A DNA stretch of 62,155 bases, filler included, from Sphacelaria rigidula (Eukaryota), in assembly GCA_964200075.2 (NCBI GenBank). It is 11 parts of 11 records of this genome, joined end to end, with 100 filler letters (N's around TTAATTAATTAA, not from the genome) between each part and the next. Parts side by side here need not be neighbours in the genome. Positions count along the whole stretch, not along the records: positions 11,321 to 16,880 come from CAXNAA020026330.1; positions 16,981 to 22,540 come from CAXNAA020026331.1; positions 22,641 to 28,200 come from CAXNAA020026332.1; 8 more parts are not named here. One strand, 5' to 3'. Position numbers and translations under genes: made by a program. The notes under the pieces are model-generated. The model worked only from the letters and a program-made list of their open reading frames with translations. It did not search any database and was not told where the DNA came from. Below, piece by piece: positions 12,354 to 24,813 of the stretch. Numbering within the stretch: position 1 is the stretch's first letter; every line of letters begins with the position of its first letter.

Positions 12354-13799
12354 GATAATAGACTGTAGACGGTCGTAGCACACTGTTGACTACATTATAG
12401 ACGAAGTATGAGCCGTGCAACCCACTCCGGCCAGGCCGTACTGGTCTACTCACACGATTTCCACCGCAACCGTTCCAGCCGAACCCGCCAAGTAGGCGCG
12501 GCGTGCTGGTGCATGTCGTAGTCCAACGGTTTCTCTCCGGTTGCATTATGTTCGCCCCTCTGTCAGTACCCATAGCATACACAAACAGCATGGCCCATTA
12601 TGGTCCGTTTAGCCAGGAGTTTGGTCCGTGCTCCGTACCTTCAGCCAGAATGAACCGTAAATCATCACCACCTCAGCATACCACACAGCGCTCAATTGAG
12701 CGTTCTACCCTTGTTGCTGTACACATCACCTTCTGTGGTGCTGACACCCGCAAAGCGTATACCCAGGGCTTGTGATGATATAGCATTGTACCCCTATTTG
12801 CTGTAAAGCCTTTTGTGCTGTCACCCGCAACCCACTTCGAAACGTAACGTATAGTCGACAGTAATACCCAGTACTTCGTACGTATATCTTGGTTACTTTT
12901 TGCAATCTCAACACCACCAGCGGCAGGCAGCTCTCGTCTCTTGTAAGTGGTATCTTGTACCCGGGTGGTGATTCGGTCCCTCCATTTTCTGCGCCGTACG
13001 TGAACGCAGCACCGTGACTTTCCTTGATCGCGTCTTGTGCCCAATGGCAGCGCATGCGACGGCAGGGGTGCACATTTGGGTCCTGGAATAAGACAATAGT
13101 AAAGGCTAGGACATTGTCGTTTTCAAATTCATCCGGGATACCCCTATGCCATCGGATGGCTAAGCGGGGTGGCGGGCCCTCACATAATCATAAGTCGGTT
13201 TGGGACGAGATAGACCTGAGAGTGCTTGTACACACATGCCGTGGAACCACTCGGCACGCCGCACGAGCGGCTGGCCCACATATACTAGCGTTTACTTCTC
13301 ACAGCATGCTGCTTTGACACCGAATAGTCGTCCCGCTGGAAAACAGCAACTAGTTGGTAGGTTGGTCACAGTGACTCCTCAAGTAGCAGACGTGGGGAAG
13401 TGCAGGGCACAGGAAGAGGTGCGATCGCCATCGAAGATCTTGATGGGTGCTTGTAGAAACTGGGCGTACATGTAACGGATTTCGCCGAATTTTTCACACC
13501 CTCCAGATAGACGTGCGAATACCACCGCGTCCATGTGTCGTGTACGAGGCAAGTACAGCAGCAATGCACCCACACGTCCGCATTCATCATGATGTCTTCA
13601 ACTGCGTAGCTTTCATGCTACTCGTCTACTCCAGGGAGCTTGTAAAAACTATATACAGGTTGTTCTCCTGCAAGCAAGCCTGTCGCATCGTCTTATTCCT
13701 GATCTCATCATGGCGGGACGTAATATTTCATATCGTGGACATATAATATGGTCAATATATGCGATGGAGAGTTTCGGGAAACGCTTTTTTTTGTCTTTT

Positions 13800-13913
13800 C
13801 AGAGTGCAAACATCTACCTCAGGATCAGAGTGTAACGAAAAATCATTTCCCCCTTCGTCAAATGTGGTATCCCCTTAATTTCTCTTCAATGAGGTGATTT
13901 TTCCTATTCTGCA
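13800..13913 (+). repeat. Dispersed ~115-bp repeat (second copy ~43078-43187)
   Basis: tgcaaacatct...gtgtaacgaa...cgtcaaatgtggtatc...tattctgca is present in both copies. Confidence 0.8.
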
Positions 13914-14300
13914 GCTACCACTGTCGATCGACAACAGTAGTGTGATACACCTATACACTACAGTACCTGATGCGGTACATTTTTTTATCTATTGAGTCTA
14001 TTGACCATATATTATCCACGGTGTGTTTTTTACATGAAATTAATTCTAGAAGTTTTATACTTCCTTCGATCGATCTTTCGGCACAGTCCGCCACGGGCCG
14101 TTGCGGCATAAAACAACCTCAATTAGGTTCTCACTCAATCCAGCCCATTCCGGACAGCCCTGCCCTCTGCCGCCATTTTTGTTCAGTGCCTCCACCCCAC
14201 AGCCTTTCCTGGCCTGCTTTCTACCTACTCACCTCTATCCTCGGCTTTGCATCCCAAGCTAGCGACAACAACTCCTTCTATCAACACGAGGAACTGCATC

Positions 14301-14481
14301 ATGTCTTCTGCTGATGCCGCGCCCACGCTGTTCACGCCGCTAACCATGGCCGGTGTTACTCTGAAGAACAGGATACTCATGAGTCCCATGACTCGGGACC
14401 GCGCCACCGTTGACCTCGTCCCTACCGACCTTGATGCGGAGACGAGCATGGCCCTGCACTACTCTCAGCGTGCTTCCGCAG
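14301..14481 (+). CDS. First exon of an Old Yellow Enzyme / NADH:flavin oxidoreductase (alkene reductase, OPR-like); later exons not found in this contig
   Basis: LFTPLTMAGVTLKNRILMSPMTRDRA...HYSQRASAG is the classic OYE N-terminus. ATG at 14301; donor G|GTACAT at 14482. Confidence 0.88.
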
Positions 14482-15766
14482 GTACATCCCGTTGTATATG
14501 TGTTGTATGCGCTGAGTTTCGATTCGCGGCCAACACACACGCGACTGACGACCTCCCTTCCTGTACTTTGCTACAGACAGTTGGTAGCAAAGTTGGACGG
14601 AACAACTACAGTTCGTGGAACAAATTACGACCCGTCCTGCGCACAGTGACACACATGACAGGTTTGAATAACACCTCAACCCCGTTGATGAACCTTGTTT
14701 TGCAGACGCGAGTTCTGCCCCTCGAGGATCAACCGAATGAAACCCTCGCGCTCCCGAGAGACCTCTGGTGTCAGAAAAGTCTCAACGAGGTCTTGCCGGC
14801 CAGCTGATTTCAGCAACGCGTAGCCGGTGTGGCTCGCAGTAACTGCGCAAATCTCGATAAATTGTGCTTTTTTAGAACGAAATACAAGTACCCGGGGAGA
14901 TGGCAGCCGCCAAGAGCTGAGCGTGACGGGTGTTTCGGGCGCATGGGGGGGGGGGGGTTATGTTGTTATCTTGTTGCGAAGATGGGTGTATACCTATAGG
15001 GGGGTGTTGACGTGCTTTGCAACTGGAATCCGTGGTCATCCGTTGTGAGGAGGCGAGATAGTACGGCTCTGTCATGACGCAAACGTTGGCGCAAAACGGA
15101 TACAGGACTACTGTTGTAATTCGTACTGCGATATTCTTGGTTCGTGATAACTAGTATGAAGCGTGAAGGGCACATGAACACATGCATGTGCCTTGTGATC
15201 GATCAGGTTGGCCTGTACAGTACTGTATTTCTGTGCTGTACGTTTACTACTATACCGTTGTTGAACAACAGTACCGCACCGTGCTGCCGCCACAAGAGTA
15301 CTGACAAGGCTGTGTTGGACTCATGTGCCGCCGTGAGTGTTTTGTACTGTACCGTATACTTTACTGGAACTACTGTCCTGTTTTGTACCTTTTTTGTTCA
15401 GGGCCCAGGGGCCGCTGTACTGTATACACGAAATGAGGCCCCTTTTGCCCAGCGTAGGAAGTACGGGGTCACTCGCATGTAGATCTGCATTTTCTGTCAT
15501 GTGACGAGCCAGGTAGCAACAGCAGAATATATGCAATTGAAGTGCTGGTACACAGCCAAATAAGTTACACGGTCTTCGGGTTTATCACCCGTTTATACGA
15601 GTATTGAAAATAATAATAATGGCGTGTACCGAACTGAACATGGCGGAAGTGGCAGGATCCCTCGTTGTCTCCCCTTGTCTTGCTTCCCCTACCATTTGCT
15701 GACTGCAACTACCTTAGTGCCCAGTGTGAAAAATGGAGAAAATACAGGAAGCTAATGACGTCAACA

Positions 15767-16880
15767 GGGGGGAGGGGGGGCGTACTCATTTTTTGCTTGC
15801 CTTCGTCGTGTGACCATTGACAACGCATCCCGTTCGAGACGGGGCACCGGGAGAAGGGGGGGTGGAGTACCTTCGAAAGGTGGCATGAGTTTGAGAAACA
15901 GGAATCAGCAGCACTTTCGTAAGGAAGTATGTCCTACAGTAAGATAAGGCACGCACAGAATGAAAAAAGCAAGAGAAAAAAATGTCTTTTTTCCCTCTCG
16001 GGACCCATGGTGGATATTAGCCCGCCGTTTGTTTTTTTTGCTTTCGCTTGTTTTGGCCGTTTCCCCCCCTCCCTCCCCATCCCCTCATCTCGTGCTTACC
16101 TGCTCACTGCGCTGTTCTCTCCGTTAGGCCCCATCGCCTTCCCCCCTTGTCGAGTTTCCTCACCGACTGCTCTCTCTACTTTGCCCACCACCCCCTCTTG
16201 CCCCACGGCTGGATCCGTTGCCGATCACAGTCAATGTGCGACAATAACTCAAAGAGACAAGAACTCTTGAATCCACAAGTTCACCCCCCCCTCCCCCCGA
16301 TAGGGTTGTCGTCGGTTGGCGATGACGCTGTAAAACACGCCACCCAGTGCGTAAGCCAGGAACCAGGTTACCAATTTTGTTTTTCGCGCTCGAGCTCTTC
16401 TTTTTTCCGGTAATCATGATGGTGGCCGAGCCAGATCGTGTCGCGCGACGTAGGAGAACCTCGATTCCGAGCACAGGGGATTTTCGTACTACGTCGTCCT
16501 CAAATGGTACGACACCCATGAGAGTATATACGCCGTGGCTGTCTCTGGAAATGGCGATACCACAGAGTCAAGCAACTCATTGAAGGCTGTCATCCAAATG
16601 CAAGATTATTAATACGCCTCGGGCCGAAGGATCTTAGCAGGATGCAGATCACCCTCCATGCGACTCGCCGAACACATCACGGCGCTTCGCGCTTGGTGAT
16701 TGACTGCGAGCCTGATCAGGCTAAAACCCGGCGTGCTCCGCCCCGGCTTTGTAGGGATGTGAGGTCAGTGGTCAGACCACTACGGCGTGCAAGATCATGA
16801 GAACCCCCCCCCCCCCGCACCCCCCCCTCCCCCCCCCCCCCCCCCGCCCCCCCCCCCCCACCCCCCCCCCCCCCACCACC
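15767..16880. mobile_element. Probable ~1.1-kb non-autonomous TIR element with poly-G-YRTACTCAT ends (end B left, end A right)
   Basis: The left end matches repeat B. 16680-16810 is the reverse complement of repeat A, also seen at 22641-22707, 39376-39519 and 45026-45100. Poly-C and the contig end hide any TSD. Confidence 0.6.
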
Positions 16881-18581
16881 NNNNNNNNNNNNNNNNNNNN
16901 NNNNNNNNNNNNNNNNNNNNNNNNTTAATTAATTAANNNNNNNNNNNNNNNNNNNNNNNNNNNNNNNNNNNNNNNNNNNNGCCGCCTTTGCTTTACACGT
17001 CTCCTTGCCAGGCTCCAACATTTTCCTCAGTTGTTTGTTGGTAGCTACCAAAATAAGGTGGATAGACTGCTCCTCTACAACATGGTCGATAGAATGAAGG
17101 GCGTCCTTCGGAGTGTCGTATATTTTATACTTCCCCCAGACGGGAATGTCCGGATAGGCGACGTCTTGGCCTTGTTTTGCGATCACGTGCAGCCTGTTGG
17201 CCTGATCTAGAGTCGAAAACTGTGACCAATTTGAATTGCATGCGCGGCGGAAGTGAATGCGCTAGACGCGGTTCCTAGTCACATCGCTAAGAGGGGAAGC
17301 AATAATGTGTAATAGACTTCGAGCATTTACTGTAGACGTGTGAAAACGATGGTACGAGATCCCGCGAAAAACGCCACCCCTCAGATTTTCAGCGATACAC
17401 ACTCTGCATGATCCCAAACGAAGGAATCGAAGCGCGATAGGCATTCTGTTTGGCAAGCCATGCCCGTTTCCTTCGAAATTTCCGCGTCGCCGAGTGATGG
17501 CCTTCTCACTCGCCTGTCCCATAATTTAGGGTACCGAAGGGCAATACGTTGTCTGGGTATAATGATCGTTGTGACGGCTTTATAGATGGGTTCGTTATGA
17601 AGCTAGAGGGCAGAGTCAGCCAACGTAAAGATAGAATAACGAGTTCTTTACTTGAAATGGGTCGAAATATACCCGAGCATCGCACTCATTCTACTATTTC
17701 GAAGCACTCGTAGAAGGTCTTGGCCGTTGTCGAGTCGAACAGCGCTGGTTTTACCAGCAAGGTTTGTCAGTGAAGAAGGCTGTGGGGTCACCACACGGTA
17801 ATACGTAACACTAATGGTTGATTCGCGATTGTGATTATTGTTCGTTGTTTTTTAGAATGTTGTTTCTCTCTAGAGCTCAGAAAGGGGGGTGTGCAGCCAT
17901 TTTCGGGCCTGATTATTTGTTTTCATTCGTACGAAGCAAGCACCAAATGTAGAGAAAATATGCTTTCAACCGAAAATTGACCAAAAATATGAGACAAAGA
18001 TCGGACCAAAATTCGGGCAAGGTGAAGGGCCCGTACAATATAGAGTATCCTCTTGTATGGTACAGGGAACGTATATTTGACTCGCGAATGCGTCAAGAAA
18101 TATGCGAAAAGACTAAAAGTGGTGCGTAGGTGCCCGCTAGCCTGATCACCACATTGTCCTCACTGTGCGACCCTCAAACGGCCAAGAAGCAAAAAACAAG
18201 ACTCGATATTAACACCGTTCGTCTCGCCTGAAGCACTTTCACCTCCACTGTTTATCCGAACGGCTGCACGGCGGTCTTCATGACCACTTCAGAAGAAGTA
18301 CCGGCGGCAGGAGTCAGCAATGCCAGCGGGGTCGTGTCGGCCGGCAGCTTCGACGGGAGCAACCCTGGACCCACATACACTGCGCCGCCGATATCGTGCT
18401 GTCGATTAATAGAGGGTGAAAACAAGCCCAGCGGCAGTTGGAAAGTTTGGTGAGAATTCATGACACCTCCCACAAACGAAAACCTGTTACACCTGCATGA
18501 AGACCCGCCGCTACGGCAATCAGGGAACACAACTTTTATGTTCGCATGTATACCACCTAGCCGTGGTGTCGCTCTCTGTAC

Positions 18582-21500
18582 CTTGAAAAGCCCAGAGGAG
18601 AATGCTCTCTGGAACGTCTTCACCATGCGGTCATCCACAACAACAGAGAGACTGGCATCTGAGAGAAAGAGCTCGATAGGGCGCCCGCCTTGGAGGGCGA
18701 TCTCCAGCAGCTGCGTACTCTCGACCCCAACACCAAGGACAGCGTCGCCCTTGTTGGTGAACCTTCATGGATATGGAGAGGCAACGGCGCTGGATTAACG
18801 ACGCAGAAGTGAGACCTCGCGATCCGCGCAGAGTGGTCGATCGTGAGGTTCGTCGCTCAACGAATGAATCAGCACCTTTCGTGACACGCTGCCCTGATAT
18901 AATAGTACATACAACGACCCGCTTGTCGCGTGACGAGTTGCCTTACGCTAGTATGAGGGAGAAAAAACTAGACCCAACAGTTTAGTGATCGAACATATCG
19001 GAGTAAAAGGTAGTATAGGACCGAGTGTACACGGTTTGAAAGACTACCAATCCATACAAATATCGACTGTTACTGAACCGTCTGACATCATCACGAGGGG
19101 TGGCTGCTGCCTTCCATTAACCACCGGACGCGCCATCACCTCCAGACGAATGTGCGCAACAATCCCGGGGGAAAAGAATTTTCGGGGCCGCCGGCCGGAG
19201 CTCCTTGCTTGTATGTCAACATCCCGGTGTGCTCGCCGCCGATCTTCTGCCAGCAGTCTGGCATTTTCCCCTGATTGTGCTGCCGTAGGGGTCGTCAAAT
19301 GTGACCCTTTGATTCACCGTGAAACATTTCCCCTCTTGCTCTGACCGTTTGTGGGCCACCATGATGGCTTCGTGATGCGGGTAGAAATAGAATTTATCTT
19401 CTCTCTTCCGAGAGCCCCCTTGTTTGCTGGAATATTCGATGAGGACAGGGTCTTCTTCGAGCGCCATGGTGTGGTCTTGAGTGATGGCGTCTGTGACGTG
19501 GCGCAGACGGGTCGGCGACAGCGAGGACCGGGGCGGGGTGAGGCGGTCAGCCGGGGGGGGGAGGGGCATACTCGTTTTTTGCTTGCCTTCGCCATTTGAC
19601 CATTGACCGCGCGACACTTAGCCGGAGCACCGTTCCTGCACCTCATGAATACCTCCAACATTTGGGCACTCATGACGTTTCTTCCACGCATGACACAAAA
19701 TTCTTGACAGGTCTTATCCCCTTCCTGCTTCACCTTCTGTGGTCACCATCTATCTCCGAGTATAGCGATCGTTTTCTCGCTACAATTCCAAGTACCAAGT
19801 GATTCCATACCACCTTCATTTCAATCCCGTATTTCCCCCTCTACGTATTGCGTGTGCGGTGGCACCTCTGATTCGATTTCCATGCGGAAACCACGGTCGC
19901 GGCACGGCAAATGCGATCGCCCCCAAAGGATGCAAGGCGCTCAGCAGTTTGCCCACGAATCGCTCGAGGTATCTCTTGACGTGGTCGTCTGTTAGTGTCA
20001 GGATGCTTTTCTCGGCATCCAAGAAGACGAGGATAAGCTTCGGCTGGCGTGCCACAGCGAGTGAGTCGCCTCCATCGATGAGCTCACACCCTCTACGAAG
20101 TAGGTTTTCCGCGTGCGTGGTAGAATTCTTGCGCCTGTGCGAAAAAACAAAGGCCATTCCACACGGTACATATCGATATCTGACGGAAGAACGCGAGTGA
20201 AGTGCGATCCTGAGGCAGACAACAAAAGCACCGTCGAAACACGCACCCTACCCGACGGGGCATTATTACGTATCTCCGCCTCCATATGTTTTAGCCTGCA
20301 GTTAACACCGACTCCCTTTAATGTATGATCTCCTCATTGCGTTAACCTGTGTTTGTGTTTTTGTTACGAACGCAACTCTTGGGGGGGGAGGGGGCGGGGG
20401 GCACGGCATGGCTCCAAAACATTTCTTTCCCGTTCATCTACCCGGGGCGTACAGTGGGCCACCTCCAAGTGTCGCCGACATATACCCCGCGGTACTATTA
20501 CGGAGTTATATTGTTTATAACTCGTCGGCCATATCTACATCGGAACATCGTCAGATTCGACGAATCGTGGCAGAAACAAACCGCAAGTATTACAAGAGTG
20601 GTAACGAACAAACACAGTATAAAAGACGAAAATATGTATCGAGTGTTGGCGTCTGATTAAGACCCATGGTATTGCCGTACGCCGCCACACCCCTCCCCTC
20701 CCCCACCCTGACGTAGGAACACTCTCACGGTGTACTCCGAGAGTATGAACGCTACACAGCCATAGTTGTCAACCGATCGGTCATTTGTTGCGTTGGTGTA
20801 TCCGCGGAGGAGTAAGGGTTATGTGATCAAGGACACTCGCTGAGAGACACGTGCTGAAAAGATGAAATTCACCGGCGACTGTTTTCACACGAGGAAACGC
20901 TTGTCTGGATCTGCGATCTTCGCACCTTTGCTCTTCCATGGTGGCGCCGGCGGGCTGTCGGGGAACTCTTGCCTTCCTCGCTTTCTTTCCTCTATTTGAT
21001 GTAACGCCGGCTCCGGGTGGATCCTGATATTCTTTCCTCTTCCGGCGCTCTGGCTCGCCCTCGCACGATATGCAAAGGCGCTTTTTTCCCTCGGCCAGAG
21101 TCGCATCTTCTGAGATAGGGACGAGCAGGTCGCAGAACGTATGATGTGCAACCCTGCAATGCGTGCATCGGTACCTGCGGGAAGGGGGACAGAGGAATAT
21201 ATGTCGGCGGCGAATCGATCGACAGTCTCGCGAGCAATGCCGTCGTCTATGGATGCGTCTCTCGGTGCCCGCCCTCCGACTAGATACTCTGTGTGCGTTA
21301 ATTTCCCGCTCACCTGACGTCTAGGGTGGATTTGCACGACTCGCACACTTTGCCCTCGCGACTACCCGCTGCTGGGCGGTCCCGGCCCTCCTCACCCTCG
21401 CCGTCGGCCTTCCCAACGGATGCGTCGTTCACATCTTCCTCGCCGCCGCCACCCACGAGTTTTAAACGCGCTGTCTTGTCGTTTACCGCGTTCCATTTTT

Positions 21501-22540
21501 TCCTCCACGTTTCGCTGAAATACTTGAAGGTCCTTCTTTGTGTCACCTGCGAACGGCGGTGAGGGCAAGATCTCTGGTATGTCAAGTACGAGCTAAGATA
21601 CAAAACAAGGGACGGCCGGCAGCAAGTCTCTGCTTTGTCTCTGGAGTGCAGCTGTATACAGACGGTGGAGTTTTACACTCCTCAACCAGTACTACCGGGA
21701 AAGATACAGTTGACTTCCGTGCCTGAGCATCGAAGCCGGTCACCGATCAGCTCGCGACAGCGAATATATGTCTCAACTTTCTTAGGACAAAGTCAACTAT
21801 CGACGGGGAGTAACGCACCAGCTCCAAGGGCCGTGGAAGTCTTCCCTTGTAGACCGCCTCGAATTCCTTCATGGCATCGCCTTCCTGTTCTTCAGCCAGC
21901 AGGCTTTCTCTTGTCTCTGATATCGTCTTGTCCACGGACGATATATAGTCCCTCACGAACAGCTGGAAATCTTTCAACCCGTACGTACCGTCTATCATTT
22001 TGTGCACGCCGCTGTTCACAGAAATCGGAATCGAAAACATCAAACGTCGCACCACATTCTGTGACAGGTCGACTAGTGTGCAGTGATTTACGCACACGGC
22101 GGCGCATTCTTACGTGGTCTCGATATAGACAGAGCGCCTTACCTCGGGCGGCGGCCGGGCTACAGATTAACGACACTCACTCCTTAAACCTGTCCGTCCA
22201 AGCAAGACGAGGGACCACGCTATCGATTCTCTCCACCAGGTTGTGCGCGATGCGGGCTTTTTTGGTGATCCGATCCCAATCTTTCGGTGTGGGTGTCATC
22301 TTGTTCGCCCTCGAATATCTGTCGTGGTACGGTCAAAAATCGAGGATGAATGTTGTTTGGGTACCGTCCTCGGGATATTTCGTAAGCATCGCGATACATT
22401 CGAAATGAAGACGCATCTGCACTCTCCGCCTGTGAAATGTGGCCTCGCTCATCCTCGAAAACAGCCATCTGCAATTCGTGACCTCCGGTGTTTACACGGA
22501 ACGATATCGTCCTCCAGTGATTCTGGTACAAAACACTGTT
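18582..22540 (-). pseudogene. Spliced PHD-finger + beta-class N6/N4 DNA methyltransferase-like gene; decayed copy, 5' end cut by the contig edge
   Basis: Exons 21546-21314 and 21174-20873 splice in phase to CESC...CTHC..HHTFC...CISC (C4HC3). Exons 20134-19866, 19490-18947 and 18762-18582 give ELIDGGDSL..LVFLDAEK..LLSALHPLGAI..HHEAIMVAHK..H*TVGSSFFSLILAFTNKGDAVLGVGVESTQLLEIALQGGRPIELFLSD. This follows beta-class motif order. The sequence contains in-frame stops and frameshifts. Confidence 0.72.
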
Positions 22541-22779
22541 NNNNNNNNNNNNNNNNNNNNNNNNNNNNNNNNNNNNNNNNNNNNTTAATTAATTAANNNN
22601 NNNNNNNNNNNNNNNNNNNNNNNNNNNNNNNNNNNNNNNNGGCTTTGTAGGGATGCGAGGTCAATGGTCTGATGACCATGGCATGCATGATCATGAGTAC
22701 ACCCCCCTCGCTATCGTAGCATGACTCTCGAGTCGATATTAAGATCTTCCACGGCTCTCACGGTCATATTTTACGGATC

Positions 22780-24425
22780 TTCTAACGTAAGACATGAAAC
22801 CAGCAGGACATTACTTAGGTCAGAAAGATGTCGGCGTGCAGGGGATGCTCGCTCGCGAAACGGCTCCGGAAAGTCTGTTTTTATGGCAACCACGACGCGA
22901 GCACTTGAGCATTTTTACCTTCATTTTCGTGGATATATCCGGTCTTCATTCACCACGGTCTTTCACACATCCTCTCGGATTTACAATAGTGGTCTTTCAC
23001 TAGTAGAACCGTACTATATGCAAAATATGACCTCTCCATAATATGTTCTGCATCTTAACCCATCAAATGTTTTAGTTCGGTATCTGCTGTTCGCGAGGAT
23101 GGTTTCAGATATCGTTTCTTTTAGGAGTTTTAGTATTGGGCGAGGAGAAACAGCGAGTTCTGGGCTTGTCGGAGGAGCATTATGAAGATGTCGATTGTTA
23201 CTATTCGCGTATTGTTCATTTGTCCTTGTCTGTGCTGTATTTTCCCGGTGCATGTCGTTTCATGGGTTTCAGTGACCAGGGAGAAACTGCCAGCTTGTAC
23301 CCGTTACCGATCACCATGCTTGACTCTTCTGGGAAATATATGTCGCGATGCATACGTATATTCGCCTCTTATTGCAGTCGATATCAATTCCACTTTTGGC
23401 TATTCTTCAACTCAGATTGCTGAATAGCCCGTAGTACTGAGCAAAACATCAGGAGGTGTTACGTATTAGTGACTACCCTGGTATGTGGGAGGGCACGACT
23501 CGGATACTAGCCACAGCCTTTGAGCAATGTCTCGCTGAAGCTAGAGCGGCAGAGGTATAGGCTATCGCAGAGGATGATTAGGTTGACGGCAAAGCATTTC
23601 TGGAACCTTCAATAAATTGTGCAGGATCAGCAGGCACAGGGAAGAGTATCTTTATTGGCTAGCTGCATGATCAGTGCCGAACGGGTCAGAATCTTTGGAA
23701 ACAGAATGACTCGCTCTGCCGAACACGGTGATTCAAGCGACACTTCCTTTGTCGGGGGTGGCGAGCTACTTGCAAGCACTCAGGAGTCAGTCCCGGTCGA
23801 CCCACCGCTGCGAAAGACTATATAATAAATCCATGTTCTAAACCAGTAGTAACAAGAGCTACCAATCAGCGAATCCCTCTCGGATATCCCTCAACAGGTG
23901 AACAAATATACCGCAGGATTCAGCTGTGTCCTAATCCCGAACGGAGTGAATCGGAGCATACTTCCAGTGGCCCCCACGGATAACTCGAGATATACAGAGA
24001 TATCTAGGTTGTACTTAACTCCGTATGTACTTTTAGATGACAGTGAATGTACAGGGCAAACGCATTCATCATCGGAACGTCGGGCAAGCTGCTGCTCGGT
24101 CTGCATTTACCTTAACATTGAAAAAAAAACTAGATATGTAATTGGGAGAGGCAAAACTCTGTGTGGCATCAGAAAGGCAACTTTAGCTCTTTTTTTTTTT
24201 ACAATTATCCAATACCCTTTGTAACGGCGGCATCGAGTAGGGTGAGGCTGATGCGTGATTGTGTTGACTGGCAGGTAGAAGTGTGGAGAAGGTTTATATT
24301 TGGCACACATGAATGACATTTTGTTACGTGCAACAAGAGCAAGACGAAAGCAACTAGCGGCCGCGTCCCGCTTTGATTTCTCGACGAAAAACCAAGGCGA
24401 ACTGGTCTGGTTTACCGGTTGCTAG
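22780..24425 (+). mobile_element. Heavily decayed Helitron-like (Pif1 helicase) remnant
   Basis: P-loop GSAGTGKS follows an acceptor at ~23625. LGQKDVGVQ at ~22815 resembles the Rep-Hel linker. A small hairpin followed by CTAG|T at ~24389-24426 resembles a Helitron 3' end. Many stops. Confidence 0.4.
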
Positions 24426-24813
24426 TATTCCTATAACTGCAGGAGGTTATACTTTATCTACCAACGGCCACATGCACCGATCAAGTCGTTTAACGTTTGG
24501 GGCGTCATAATTGACCATTTTATGAGAAGGTGGGGAATGAGGCGTCGGTCGTTATACTGACTTTTTCTGCAGAGGAACACGGCTTCAAACGAGGTCGATC
24601 CACTAGTAGGCTGGGCGCGCGCGCGCGGGGGGGGGGTGATGTCGAGTCCCCCCCCCCCCACCCTCTCAATGTGCTGCTCCATTACCGTACAGAAAAGGAA
24701 CATCAGGGCGCCATTCACGTAGCCAACAGCCCATAAAGTTCTCAGAATGGTAGACGCGCTGATTTGCGACATCGTTGATCGTGCGTGTCGTTCGAAGACA
24801 GCACCAACAGAGT

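Noticed and set aside
19216..19480. BAH-like domain reading of GKCFTVNQRVTF
   Set aside because: Better explained as the HExI..K and variable region of the beta-class methyltransferase, with phase-consistent splicing on both sides.
19553..22727. A single transposon from repeat end B (19553) to end A (22707) carrying the PHD gene
   Set aside because: It would cross an artificial spacer, and end B lies within an intron of a gene that continues past it.
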